DNA of 64,000 nucleotides from Candidatus Berkelbacteria bacterium (GTDB lineage Bacteria; Patescibacteriota; UBA1384; 2-12-FULL-50-11): NCBI GenBank assembly GCA_016432625.1, contig CP066697.1, positions 671,951 to 735,950 of the forward strand, read 5' to 3'. Shown piece by piece: positions 55,344 to 64,000 of this stretch (position 1 is its first letter; each line of letters starts with the position of its first letter). The notes under the pieces were generated by a model. It saw only the letters and a program-made list of their open reading frames with translations, ran no database searches and was not told where the DNA came from. The position numbers and the translations under genes were made by a program.

Positions 55344-56387
55344 GTGATGAAGAAGATCTTCTACGTTTTTATTGCTCTAGTGATTATTGCGCTTATTGGG
55401 GCAGGAGCATATTTGGTCAGCAGAAATAAACAGGGCGTCGAAGAGAAGCCCTTTGACCCTAATAGTCTTGGGCCGTGGCACTGGGGAGCACTCGTAAAAC
55501 CGTTTGGTATCGGTGCCCCGAACGCGCCGTATGATAAATCCACATTGGTCTACCAACTTGATCTCCTTAAGGAGCTGGGCGCAACTGATTCGCGCGCTAA
55601 TGTTGAGTTCGTTCCGGAGGTAGACGACGACTTCGTTAACCTGTCGCTTGAACGTCACTTGCGCCCCACGTTGATTATCGAGCCGACGTTAGAAGATTTT
55701 TGGGGACAAGCCACTTACGCTATCGCAGTCGAGGTCGGCAAAGGTGTTGCCGGCCGTTACAAAGGCAGGGTGCCCTACTATCAACTAGCCAACGAAGCCT
55801 CTGGCGTCGCGATTAAGAAGGGACTTTCAGGACAGGCTAAAACTGACTACGACGAGAAGAAATACGGGATCTTCAAAGAGTGGCTCCGCGGCCTGAGCGA
55901 CGGGGTGGCCCAAGGCGATCCGGCGGCAAAGCGCATTATTAGCGCCAACTGGCTCGGCACGGGTGTCATCGACCGCCTCATTGAAGATAAGGTTAACTTT
56001 GAGATTATAGGCTGGAACTGGTACTCAGATATGGGCGAAGATCTAGTGGTGAAGCAGGGAGGCACAACTTTCAACATTCCGGAGTACTTGAGTCGCTATA
56101 ACAAAGAGTTTTGGGTTGTTGAACTTAACCGCCGCGAGGGCGCGCTAGACGGCAATACGGCCGCCCAGGCCAGTTACATTCAGGCAGTCGGTACTAATCT
56201 CAAGGCTCAACCCAAAGTTAGCGGGCTGTTCATCTTCACCCTTGTCGACCAGTGCGACTCGCTAGATAAGGACTACGGCCGTATGGGCCTCGTCTCCCTA
56301 AAGCGAAATCCCGACAAGACTTGTACGGTTGACGCCAAGCGGCCGTCGTTTGACGTATTTGCTAAGCTCATCGCTAATAAACCATAG
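55344..56387 (+). CDS. Membrane-anchored putative glycoside hydrolase-like (TIM-barrel) protein
   Basis: N-terminal TM 'IFYVFIALVIIALIGAGAYLV'. Candidate catalytic acid in 'QLANEASG' and nucleophile region in 'WVVELN' (GH5-like pattern). This is a weak assignment. Confidence 0.35.
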   Translation: MMKKIFYVFIALVIIALIGAGAYLVSRNKQGVEEKPFDPNSLGPWHWGALVKPFGIGAPNAPYDKSTLVYQLDLLKELGATDSRANVEFVPEVDDDFVNLSLERHLRPTLIIEPTLEDFWGQATYAIAVEVGKGVAGRYKGRVPYYQLANEASGVAIKKGLSGQAKTDYDEKKYGIFKEWLRGLSDGVAQGDPAAKRIISANWLGTGVIDRLIEDKVNFEIIGWNWYSDMGEDLVVKQGGTTFNIPEYLSRYNKEFWVVELNRREGALDGNTAAQASYIQAVGTNLKAQPKVSGLFIFTLVDQCDSLDKDYGRMGLVSLKRNPDKTCTVDAKRPSFDVFAKLIANKP

Positions 56388-56433
56388 GGACCCCTACAGA
56401 AAAGGGAGATTTTGGGTAAGATAGGCTTACCTG

Positions 56434-57918
56434 ATGAATGAAAACGGTCCAATCGCCCGTCGCGTAGCGTACAACACTACCGTCCAGTTCGCTGGCCGAA
56501 TTGCCGTAGCGATACTAGCGATTATTACCACCCGCCTTATCGCCGAGCGTTTGGGCGTTCACGACTACGGCCGCTATACCACTATCTTTGCCTACATCAC
56601 TTTCTTCGGCGCCATGGCCGACTTTGGCTTCTTTTGGTACCTGGTGCGTGAAGTTTCTAAAGACAAAGATCAGACCGAAAAAATAACCGCCAACGTCTTA
56701 ACTATCCGGACACTTTTTGCGCTCGGCGTCGTCGCCATCGGCTCGATCTTGGCGTTCACAATCCCTAACTACGACCCTGTCGTGCGTTACGGTATTGTCC
56801 TAGTTGCTCTTTCTAGCCTTTGGGTCAGCATCTCTAACACCCTAATCGGCGTCTTTCAGGCCAATCAGCGCATGGACTACCCGGTTATTAACGAGGTCGT
56901 CGGGCGCATTGGCTCGCTTATTGTTGTTTTCTTAGTAATCCGCTCCGGCATGGACTTACTGCCGATCGTTATCGGCTCACTCTCAGGAGGGCTAATTGTT
57001 TTTCTTCTCAACGGGCTGTTTGTCCGCCGCTACACGCGGTTGCGCTTTGGCTTTGATCGCGGCCTCTGGAAAGAAATTATGCGGGAGAATACCACGCTCG
57101 GCCTTAGCATTCTTCTTAGTATCATCTACTTTAAAATCGACTCGGTTATCCTTTCAATCTTGAAGCCGGCAACGGACGTCGGCATTTACGGTGCTCCTTA
57201 TCGAGTCATCGAGATCCTGCTAGCCTTCCCGGCGATGTTTATGGGCGCTGTTTTCCCCGACTTGTCGCGGCTAATTCATGAAGCGAACATGGATAAAGTA
57301 AAAGTAGTGCTGCAGAAGGCGTTCGACCTTCTTGTCGTTGCTGGCTGGGGTGTCACCGTCAGTACGATCGTTTTGGCCGGACCGATTATTCACTTCACGA
57401 CTAAGGGGGAGGAGAGCTTCCTGACTACCTCCACCATTACCTTATTCAATCAGCCGATGACCGCTGCCATCACCCTGCAGATTCTAGCTGTGGCGGTTGG
57501 TATCGCTTTCTTAGGTAACTTTTTCTTTTCGGCAATCGTTGCCCAAGGCGCCCAGAAGCAGCTTATAGCCAGCAACCTAGCCAATAGCGTCGTTAACATT
57601 GGCCTCAACTTGATTTTCATCCCGATCCTAACCTACGTCGGCGCCGCAACCGTCACGATCATCTCTGAACTAATCGTCGTCGGTTTCGGTACGGCGATTC
57701 TAAGGCGACGCCTTGGTTTCGTCCCGCGTCTACGTTCGCTTTGGCTCGCTGGCATACTTTCAGCCTTCTTGGGCGTCTTCCTCTACCTGATCCGCGACCA
57801 AGTCCATGTCGTCATCGCCGGGCTTCTCGGCTTAGCATTTTATACGCTGCTCGCTATGGCTTGCGGGTTGGTTGGCGGCATTGGACCGCGCCGGCCTAAC
57901 AGGGTAGAAAGTAATTGA
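56434..57918 (+). CDS. Polysaccharide flippase, Wzx / MOP superfamily (second copy)
   Basis: 494 aa with about 14 TM helices. 'AYNTTVQFAGRIAVAILAIITTRLIAERLGVHDYGRYTTIFAY'. Confidence 0.75.
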   Translation: MNENGPIARRVAYNTTVQFAGRIAVAILAIITTRLIAERLGVHDYGRYTTIFAYITFFGAMADFGFFWYLVREVSKDKDQTEKITANVLTIRTLFALGVVAIGSILAFTIPNYDPVVRYGIVLVALSSLWVSISNTLIGVFQANQRMDYPVINEVVGRIGSLIVVFLVIRSGMDLLPIVIGSLSGGLIVFLLNGLFVRRYTRLRFGFDRGLWKEIMRENTTLGLSILLSIIYFKIDSVILSILKPATDVGIYGAPYRVIEILLAFPAMFMGAVFPDLSRLIHEANMDKVKVVLQKAFDLLVVAGWGVTVSTIVLAGPIIHFTTKGEESFLTTSTITLFNQPMTAAITLQILAVAVGIAFLGNFFFSAIVAQGAQKQLIASNLANSVVNIGLNLIFIPILTYVGAATVTIISELIVVGFGTAILRRRLGFVPRLRSLWLAGILSAFLGVFLYLIRDQVHVVIAGLLGLAFYTLLAMACGLVGGIGPRRPNRVESN

Positions 57919-58994
57919 TGCGTATTGCCGTCGATACCCAGACAACCGTTGGCAAGAAAACCGGGTTTGGTTCGTACGTCTCAAGCCTAGTCAACCAACT
58001 GAGCCTAACCGACCACGACAATGACTACTGCTTTATCCGCCCGCAAACCGAGGCCGACTTTTCGATGCCGCACCGGTTCTGGTGGGACCAAGTGCTTTTC
58101 CCGCGCGAAGCTAAACGGGCTCAAGCCGACGTCCTACATCAGCCGTGCTTTTCTGTGCCGATTCTCTACTCAGGCAAAACCGTCGTAACGATTCATGACC
58201 TGATCTCTATAATCTATGGTCACAACATTACCTTCTGGTCACGTCAGTTCTTTGGTAAGTGGATGCCGTACTCCTATCGCTGGGCTGACCATATCATCGC
58301 CATCAGTCAGCACACCAAGAAAGATATCATCCGCCTGCTCCGCTTACCGGAGGAAAAAATTACGGTGATCTACGAAGGAGTTGATGAGCGCTACCACCCG
58401 AAGAAGTCCGGCAGCGAGCTAACGAAGTTCCGAGAGCGATTCAAGCTAACAGACTGCCAGGTGATTCTCCACGTCGGGACGCTTGAACCGAGGAAAAACC
58501 TACAGTTTCTGATCAGAGCATTCGCCGAGTCTCGTTCGCGCCTCAAGAACCCGGCCAAGCTGGTCATTACTGGTAAGCGGGGCTGGTTTTATCAACCGCT
58601 TTTCGAACTGGTAGACGAGCTAAAGCTGAACGATGAAGTCGTGTTTACCGACTACGTCCCCGACGAGGAGCTGCCAACGCTCTATAACGCCGCCAACGTC
58701 TTTGCTTTCCCTTCGCTTTACGAGGGCTTCGGCCTGCCGCCGCTCGAAGCAATGGCCTGCGGCGTGCCGGTCCTAAGCAGCAACAGCTCCTCGATGCCTG
58801 AGATTGTTGGGAGCGGCGGCATCTTGATGCCGCCAACTGACGCCAAGGCGTGGACAGAAACTCTTGTTTCGGTGCTCAACTCGCCTTCCCAGCAGCAAGA
58901 GCTTTCTGAACGCGGCATCAACCAGGCGAAGAAATTCACCTGGAAAGAGTGCGCCGAGGCAACACGGGCAGTCTACGAACAAACCGGCCGATGA
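57915..58994 (+). CDS. Glycosyltransferase family 4
   Basis: 'EGFGLPPLEAMACGVPVLSSNSSSMPEIVG'. Overlaps the upstream gene by 4 nt. Confidence 0.85.
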   Translation: MMRIAVDTQTTVGKKTGFGSYVSSLVNQLSLTDHDNDYCFIRPQTEADFSMPHRFWWDQVLFPREAKRAQADVLHQPCFSVPILYSGKTVVTIHDLISIIYGHNITFWSRQFFGKWMPYSYRWADHIIAISQHTKKDIIRLLRLPEEKITVIYEGVDERYHPKKSGSELTKFRERFKLTDCQVILHVGTLEPRKNLQFLIRAFAESRSRLKNPAKLVITGKRGWFYQPLFELVDELKLNDEVVFTDYVPDEELPTLYNAANVFAFPSLYEGFGLPPLEAMACGVPVLSSNSSSMPEIVGSGGILMPPTDAKAWTETLVSVLNSPSQQQELSERGINQAKKFTWKECAEATRAVYEQTGR

Positions 58995-60100
58995 CGAGCT
59001 CTGTGCGGATCGCTATCGATGGGCGAGAAGCTGTCTCTCACGGCGCTGGCAAGGGTCGTTACATCCGTGAAATTATTCGCGAGCTAAGCAAACTCGACCA
59101 CGACAACGATTACGTAATTTACAGTAAGCAGCCCCTGGAGTTAGAGTTAGGCGCGAACTTTGAGAGCGTCATTATCGGCGGCACAGCTGGCCTGAGGCAG
59201 CTCTGGCTCGCCCGTGACGCCCAGCGGCGTGGCTGCAAGGTACTATTCTCGCCGACGGGCTATCTGACCACCGTCTTCTCACGAATCCCTGTCGTCCAGG
59301 CAGTTCACGACCTGGCGATATTCACTACCCCTGAAGCAAGACCCGCGTTGAAGACGCTCATAAGCGAGCGGTTCCTGCTCGGCTACGCTTGTAACAAAGC
59401 TCGGCGGATCACGGCGGTCAGTCAATCGACAAAAAACGACTTAGAACGGTTGTTTGGTGTCCCGGGATCAAAGATTAGCGTTGATTACCTTGGCTACGAC
59501 CACAAGCCTTACCACTCCCAGCCCGCCGAAGGCGATGAGGCTGTCCTAAAGCAGCACAATTTAGAGAAGGGTCAGTATCTGTTCTACGTTGGGACGATTG
59601 AACCGCGAAAAAATTTAGCTAGAGCCATAACCGCCTACCAGGCCTTACCTAGCAAGATGAAGCAACGATTCCCGTTTATCGTTGCCGGCGGCTTGGGCTG
59701 GCATTACGAAGCGATTGTCGAAGCAGCAGCCAATGAGCGACAGGTTCGTTTGGTCGGTCGGGTCGCAGACGCTGAGCTGCCAGCGCTCTACCGGAACTGC
59801 CGCGCCTTTATTTTCCCCTCGCTCTACGAAGGGTTTGGCCTACCGCCACTCGAAGCGATGGCATGCGGGGCGGCCGTATTAAGTAGTAACGTCTCCAGTC
59901 TCCCAGAGGTCATTGGCGACGGCGGTCTACTTGTTGAACCGACCGACATCACCGCCATCTCCTCAGCCATAAGCCGGCTTCTGACTGACGACACGCTCGT
60001 ATCAAGTCTGGGCAAAAAAGCCGCCGAGCAAGCGGTTAATTTCGACTGGGCCAAGACCGCTAACGGGGTGCGGCAGCTATTGCTTGAGGCGGCTGGTTAG
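58991..60100 (+). CDS. Glycosyltransferase family 4
   Basis: 'EGFGLPPLEAMACGAAVLSSNVSSLPEVIG'. Start taken at ATG 58991 (MTSSVRIAIDG), which overlaps the previous stop (ATGA). Confidence 0.85.
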   Translation: MTSSVRIAIDGREAVSHGAGKGRYIREIIRELSKLDHDNDYVIYSKQPLELELGANFESVIIGGTAGLRQLWLARDAQRRGCKVLFSPTGYLTTVFSRIPVVQAVHDLAIFTTPEARPALKTLISERFLLGYACNKARRITAVSQSTKNDLERLFGVPGSKISVDYLGYDHKPYHSQPAEGDEAVLKQHNLEKGQYLFYVGTIEPRKNLARAITAYQALPSKMKQRFPFIVAGGLGWHYEAIVEAAANERQVRLVGRVADAELPALYRNCRAFIFPSLYEGFGLPPLEAMACGAAVLSSNVSSLPEVIGDGGLLVEPTDITAISSAISRLLTDDTLVSSLGKKAAEQAVNFDWAKTANGVRQLLLEAAG

Positions 60101-61250
60101 AGTTCTGCCAGACAGGGGATAGGGCTACCGTAAGCCAGAACAGCACAGCCAGATCATTCTTGAAGTAGGTCGTATCAAATAGCCCATGAATAAGGATGGC
60201 CATCATCGCGGCACCAAGACTCAGGAAGAGCGGGCGTTGACGCGTAAGGGCGAGAAAGAACTGAACAATGACCACTAACCAGCTAAACAGTCCTAGGATA
60301 CCCATCGTTAGGATAAATTGCAGATAAACGTTATGAGCGTGCAAGGCATAGCGCAAACCAAACTCCGTGAAATGGCTGTTGTCGCCACTAACCTCGGCAA
60401 CTTTTTCCTGAAACTTGCCGAGACCAATTCCAGTTAGCCAGTTGCTTTTAATCAGCGCTAGGCTGTAGCTGTAGATCTCACGGCGAAGGTTATCTGGGCC
60501 GACAATAATTTGCCAGATGCTAGCTGAGATTGCCCCTAGACCAACCAGGATCGCGGCGCTAGACGGTAGGCGGCGCCACGGAAAGTAAGTCACGCCTAAA
60601 CCTAGGGCGGCGGCGGCACCGAGCGCTAGTAACCCTCCTCTAGATCCAGCCCAGTAGACGGCAACCCCCGCCACAACCAAGATAGCCGCCCAGAGCTTCA
60701 GGTTCTGTCTGTCTCTTAGCACGAAGTAAGCGCCTAAAAACGACGCTGGCACGAGATACATCGCCAGATAATTCGGCGACTCAAACGGCCCAAACAGCCG
60801 CCCCGAACTCAGGTACTGATCAAACGAGGGGTCGCCCACCTGGTAAAAAGCTGTCGTAACCAACCCTAATTTTTGGAGAGAAGCCCACAGCAGCACCGCC
60901 AGTAGCCCCAACCAGAACGGTTTGCCTAAGAGCGCTAGTCGGCTCGTCGAATGAAGGTTTCTTACCAGCCAGAAGTAAAGTACCGGCACCACAATCCACC
61001 CCTTCCAAATCCCTAGCGCCACGGTGTCGAGACCGTTTAGCAGTAGGCTTAGGGTAGCCGCGGCCAGGAAGAACCAAACGGCCCAGGGTAGGCCACTTAA
61101 AGGTCGCTGCGATCTTGCCCTTTCGGCGAGCAGGACGACTATCGCTAAAGCCAATGCTACTTCGAAAATATTTGTCGGCACGCCGATCGTGAAGCGAAAA
61201 AAGTAGAACGGGATTAGTAGCGTCGCCAACTGAAGGGCTCGATCAAACAT
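60060..61250 (-). CDS. O-antigen ligase/polymerase (Wzy_C)-like membrane protein
   Basis: 396 aa with about 10 TM helices and a periplasmic loop containing 'IGLGKFQEKVAEVSGDNSHFTEFGLRYALHAHNVYLQFIL' (Wzy_C-like). Confidence 0.6.
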   Translation of the reverse strand: MFDRALQLATLLIPFYFFRFTIGVPTNIFEVALALAIVVLLAERARSQRPLSGLPWAVWFFLAAATLSLLLNGLDTVALGIWKGWIVVPVLYFWLVRNLHSTSRLALLGKPFWLGLLAVLLWASLQKLGLVTTAFYQVGDPSFDQYLSSGRLFGPFESPNYLAMYLVPASFLGAYFVLRDRQNLKLWAAILVVAGVAVYWAGSRGGLLALGAAAALGLGVTYFPWRRLPSSAAILVGLGAISASIWQIIVGPDNLRREIYSYSLALIKSNWLTGIGLGKFQEKVAEVSGDNSHFTEFGLRYALHAHNVYLQFILTMGILGLFSWLVVIVQFFLALTRQRPLFLSLGAAMMAILIHGLFDTTYFKNDLAVLFWLTVALSPVWQNSNQPPQAIAAAPR

Positions 61251-62493
61251 CTTCTGCCCCCTTGAAAGTAGCCGCTTCGATCAGAGCCAGGAGAACCCAG
61301 ATATGATAGATATAAATTGTCGAGAAAAAGTTGTACTGGACGCCAATGGCAATAAGTATAGCCAGCAGTCCTGCAGTGAAATAACTGCTGCGACGTTTTA
61401 GAGAGCGAACCAGTTGAGTAATCGCCATCCCGACAACGGCCATCAAGGCGATAACGCCCACCAAACCCATTTCTGCCGCCGTCTCAAGATACTGGTTGTT
61501 AACAATCGGATAGCCGTGGCGGGCGATATCTTTCGGGGGTGCGTAAACGACGCCGTACTGACCTAAGCCCGCGCCAAGTAGTGGCTGTTCTTTAAACTGG
61601 CGGATCGCTTCTTTGTAGCGGTCGATGCGTAGGTTGGTCGACTCGCCTTTGCCGTAGTCTTGGATTGTCGCCTGATCGGCAAAGTTCAGGAAACCGCGTC
61701 CCGTAGTGTTGCCTAGCGTCGTCACTAGCTGAATCAGGGCGACAGCAATTCCGAACGACAGCGCCACGTAGCCGATAGATTGCAGCACCCGGCGCCAGCT
61801 CGTCTGCCGCCAAAGCGCAACAAGCAGTATCAAGCTGCCGGCGATCAAGCCAAGGTAGGCCCCACGTGACAGAGTCAGGACCATCACTGTTAGCAATAAC
61901 ACCAGTGCCGCAAGATTCCATCGCCCGAGCGACTTAGCGTCTTGGAGGTATTGGCTCATCAGTAACAAGATGGGCAGGAGAAGAAAATTGGCGTAATACA
62001 ACGGCTCGTGACCGGTCGACTGGATTCGTGGGAAGCCAAAAACGTGATAAGTATAAAGTTCGCCCAGGCCAGTGTACTGCCGCGCTAATCCAAGTGCGTC
62101 ACCAAAAAACTGGTACAGCCCAAATACGGCGGTAACAGCTCCAGCCACAACGATGAGCTTCTGAAGCTTGGCCGGGGTTAGTACCTTGCGCCATACGCGA
62201 CTGAGAAACGCGTAGACCACGAGGACGTAGGTTAGGAACCCTAAGACCATCAGCCCTCTCTTCAAGTCAGTTGCTTGAGTCAGCGAGATTACCGCCACAA
62301 CGTAGAAGCCGATAATTGTTTTATCAAGCAGGCTGAGTTTCCAAGAAAACTGTCGTAGTCGCGGGAGCATCAGTAATGCCCCAACTAGAATAACGAGAGT
62401 GCTCAGCCTCAGGGTAACACCCGCAAAATCAAACGACGGGAGACGCTCGAAAGGGAGTAGGAAAACTGCCAAGTTGGCTAGCTGGTCAATCAT
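61243..62493 (-). CDS. O-antigen ligase/polymerase (Wzy_C)-like membrane protein
   Basis: 'RIDRYKEAIRQFKEQPLLGAGLGQYGVVY...YLETAAEMGLVG' resembles the Wzy_C/WaaL loop. 416 aa. Confidence 0.65.
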   Translation of the reverse strand: MIDQLANLAVFLLPFERLPSFDFAGVTLRLSTLVILVGALLMLPRLRQFSWKLSLLDKTIIGFYVVAVISLTQATDLKRGLMVLGFLTYVLVVYAFLSRVWRKVLTPAKLQKLIVVAGAVTAVFGLYQFFGDALGLARQYTGLGELYTYHVFGFPRIQSTGHEPLYYANFLLLPILLLMSQYLQDAKSLGRWNLAALVLLLTVMVLTLSRGAYLGLIAGSLILLVALWRQTSWRRVLQSIGYVALSFGIAVALIQLVTTLGNTTGRGFLNFADQATIQDYGKGESTNLRIDRYKEAIRQFKEQPLLGAGLGQYGVVYAPPKDIARHGYPIVNNQYLETAAEMGLVGVIALMAVVGMAITQLVRSLKRRSSYFTAGLLAILIAIGVQYNFFSTIYIYHIWVLLALIEAATFKGAEDV

Positions 62494-62542
62494 GTCGCCC
62501 CTAGAATATATCGGTTAGCCAGCGCGTTGGCCAGCTTACGCC

Positions 62543-63907
62543 TCAGAGTCTACTGATCGGTTTAGACGGCGAGCTTGCTGGCGAGGTTTTTGCTGATTTT
62601 TTCTGCTTCCAACGCTTGTAGAAGAGCCTCAAGACATACGCCAATGCGGTGACAAGGACGGCAAAGAGGATGATTAAGGCCACGCTGACCCAAAGGTGCT
62701 TCTGGGTCGAGAAGGTGACGCCCGCCACCGAGACCGTCAAGTCGGGCTTTGGCAAATCGTCGCTGGTAATAATTTTGGCCGTGCCACCATTGGCAACGCT
62801 CACCTCAATCATTGTCGGTGCTGAGTCAGGAGTGACAACCTTGTCCATTTTAGCTCGCGTGATAACCGCGTAGAACCCAGTCGGGATCGGTTGGTCGAAA
62901 ATAATTTCCCAGCCGCCGTTAGGATCAAGCAGCGCCGATAGAATCTGGGCTGGCGGCAATTTATCGCCGGGCGTGAAGACGAGATTAACCGTGAAGCCTG
63001 TCAGGCCGGCAGTAATCCCCTTAACCTTGAAGCCGCTAACGGTGCCTTTTTCAACATCGTTAACAAATGTCCCCGTCCGCTCGACAGCCGTAATCACTGG
63101 GGCGTTGAGCGACGGGTTGAGTTCTTCTTTGATATTGATCTTGAAGTGCGTGGTTGGCCCCCAGCCGTCGCCGTTTAAAGCCCGGATATGGAAGTAGTAG
63201 GTGCCGAGCGACAGATTCTGAAATGTCGCCGACGTCTCGGTAGTGCTAATGCTCGTTGCCGGAACCGTCTCCGCCGCTTGGTCCATTAATGCCGAGTAGC
63301 CGGTCGCGCCGTTAGCCGGCGGTTTCCAGGTCAGAATCGCGGTCGTGGCACCATAGAACTGGTTTTGGTCAGGGTGGGTTGAAGAGCTAACCTCGACATT
63401 ACCCGGAGGCGTCGGCGCTCGGCCGATAGTGTAGCTAGTGCTGCCGCCGCCCGTACCAACTTCGCTCCCAGATCGGGCCAAACGCACGCCGGAAACCGAG
63501 ACGGAGCCGGAGCCTTCCTTGTTAGCTTTTAGCCTAATGGTCGCCACCGTCAGGCTGCTCGTTGGGCTGACAATACCGACAAACTGGTTGTTATTGCCGG
63601 GCGACTTACCCGGTAGCCACGTGGCTGAGCCAGCGCTAAAGGAGACCAGTTCAGCAACGCCGCTAACTTTTATTGTGCCCTGCAGTGAATCGAAAGTCGT
63701 CCCGCCAGCTTTAACTGTAATGGTGAAAGTTTGCCCGGTGACAAATTTGCCGCCGCCGCTCGGCGTAATCGAACCAGCGGCAAACGCCGGGCTAGCAAAA
63801 AATAGTTGCGACAAGCCAACTAGGCCGACGAGAAAAGCGGTAAAAAACTTCTTCATCAATCCTAATTCTACAGTGTCACTTTGGCTTTTGCATTTTAGGC
63901 TTTGCAT
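62543..63907 (-). CDS. Secreted cell-surface protein with FN3-like domain and C-terminal TM anchor
   Basis: Signal peptide '...MKKFFTAFLVGLVGLSQLFFASPAFA|AG'. FN3-like segment 'AILTWKPPANGATGYSA...TYYFHIRALNGDGWGPT'. C-terminal TM 'LWVSVALIILFAVLVTALAYVL' plus a basic tail. A GGGAGGG RBS sits before ATG 63905-63907. Confidence 0.5.
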   Translation of the reverse strand: MQSLKCKSQSDTVELGLMKKFFTAFLVGLVGLSQLFFASPAFAAGSITPSGGGKFVTGQTFTITVKAGGTTFDSLQGTIKVSGVAELVSFSAGSATWLPGKSPGNNNQFVGIVSPTSSLTVATIRLKANKEGSGSVSVSGVRLARSGSEVGTGGGSTSYTIGRAPTPPGNVEVSSSTHPDQNQFYGATTAILTWKPPANGATGYSALMDQAAETVPATSISTTETSATFQNLSLGTYYFHIRALNGDGWGPTTHFKINIKEELNPSLNAPVITAVERTGTFVNDVEKGTVSGFKVKGITAGLTGFTVNLVFTPGDKLPPAQILSALLDPNGGWEIIFDQPIPTGFYAVITRAKMDKVVTPDSAPTMIEVSVANGGTAKIITSDDLPKPDLTVSVAGVTFSTQKHLWVSVALIILFAVLVTALAYVLRLFYKRWKQKKSAKTSPASSPSKPISRL

Positions 63908-64000
63908 TATTCTCATCCCTCCCACTTATTAGCGAATATCGAGACGTCGAGCAGGTTAACTTCGTTATCAACCGTCGGGTTTAGGTTGGACATCGGTTCC

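Noticed and set aside
63908-63925. Upstream extension 'MGGMRIM' of the surface-protein ORF
   Set aside because: GGGAGGG overlaps these codons and is positioned as the RBS for ATG 63905-63907. The extension is more likely 5' UTR.

Overview
This 64-kb window is a compact, gene-dense bacterial segment with GC-rich third codon positions, and TGA is used as a stop codon. Gene content suggests a small-genome, possibly Patescibacteria/CPR-like bacterium, but that is inference only: a TrmB regulator, type IV pilus genes, groESL, trpS, pyrG, an H+-pyrophosphatase, a VanW protein, a NUDIX hydrolase, and a very large glycan-biosynthesis region.

Layout:
- 273-11173 (minus strand): a TrmB-family regulator, then one operon starting with pilC (GspF family), followed by four prepilin-type pseudopilins with class-III signal motifs, and ending in a 1697-aa protein with a PilX_N-like N-terminus and Kelch-type beta-propeller repeats. 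This looks like a minor-pilin/tip-adhesin module and is the most unusual system in the window.
- 11.3-30.9 kb: housekeeping genes (a CsaA-like tRNA-binding protein, an inositol monophosphatase, groES-groEL with a sigma70-like promoter, trpS, a phosphohexomutase, pyrG, a VanW protein, a DUF3006 protein, hppA). Interspersed are small orphan genes, several Rho-independent terminators, a 15-bp perfect inverted repeat, and an in-frame duplicated 3' end of hppA.
- 30.9-63.9 kb: an approximately 33-kb surface-glycan locus. It holds about 9 GT2/GT4-type glycosyltransferases, two Wzx-type flippases, three Wzy/O-antigen-ligase-like proteins, two AsnB-like amidotransferases, a methyltransferase, an SDR epimerase, a WbpA/WbpB/WbpD/WbpE-like set for a UDP-2,3-diacetamido-2,3-dideoxy-uronic acid sugar, a DUF2304 + GT2 + large-membrane-protein trio, and a secreted FN3-like surface protein.

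Several genes carry a TATAAT-like -10 box only 7-10 nt upstream of the start codon, suggesting leaderless or very short-leader mRNAs. No rRNA, tRNA, CRISPR array or obvious mobile element was found.
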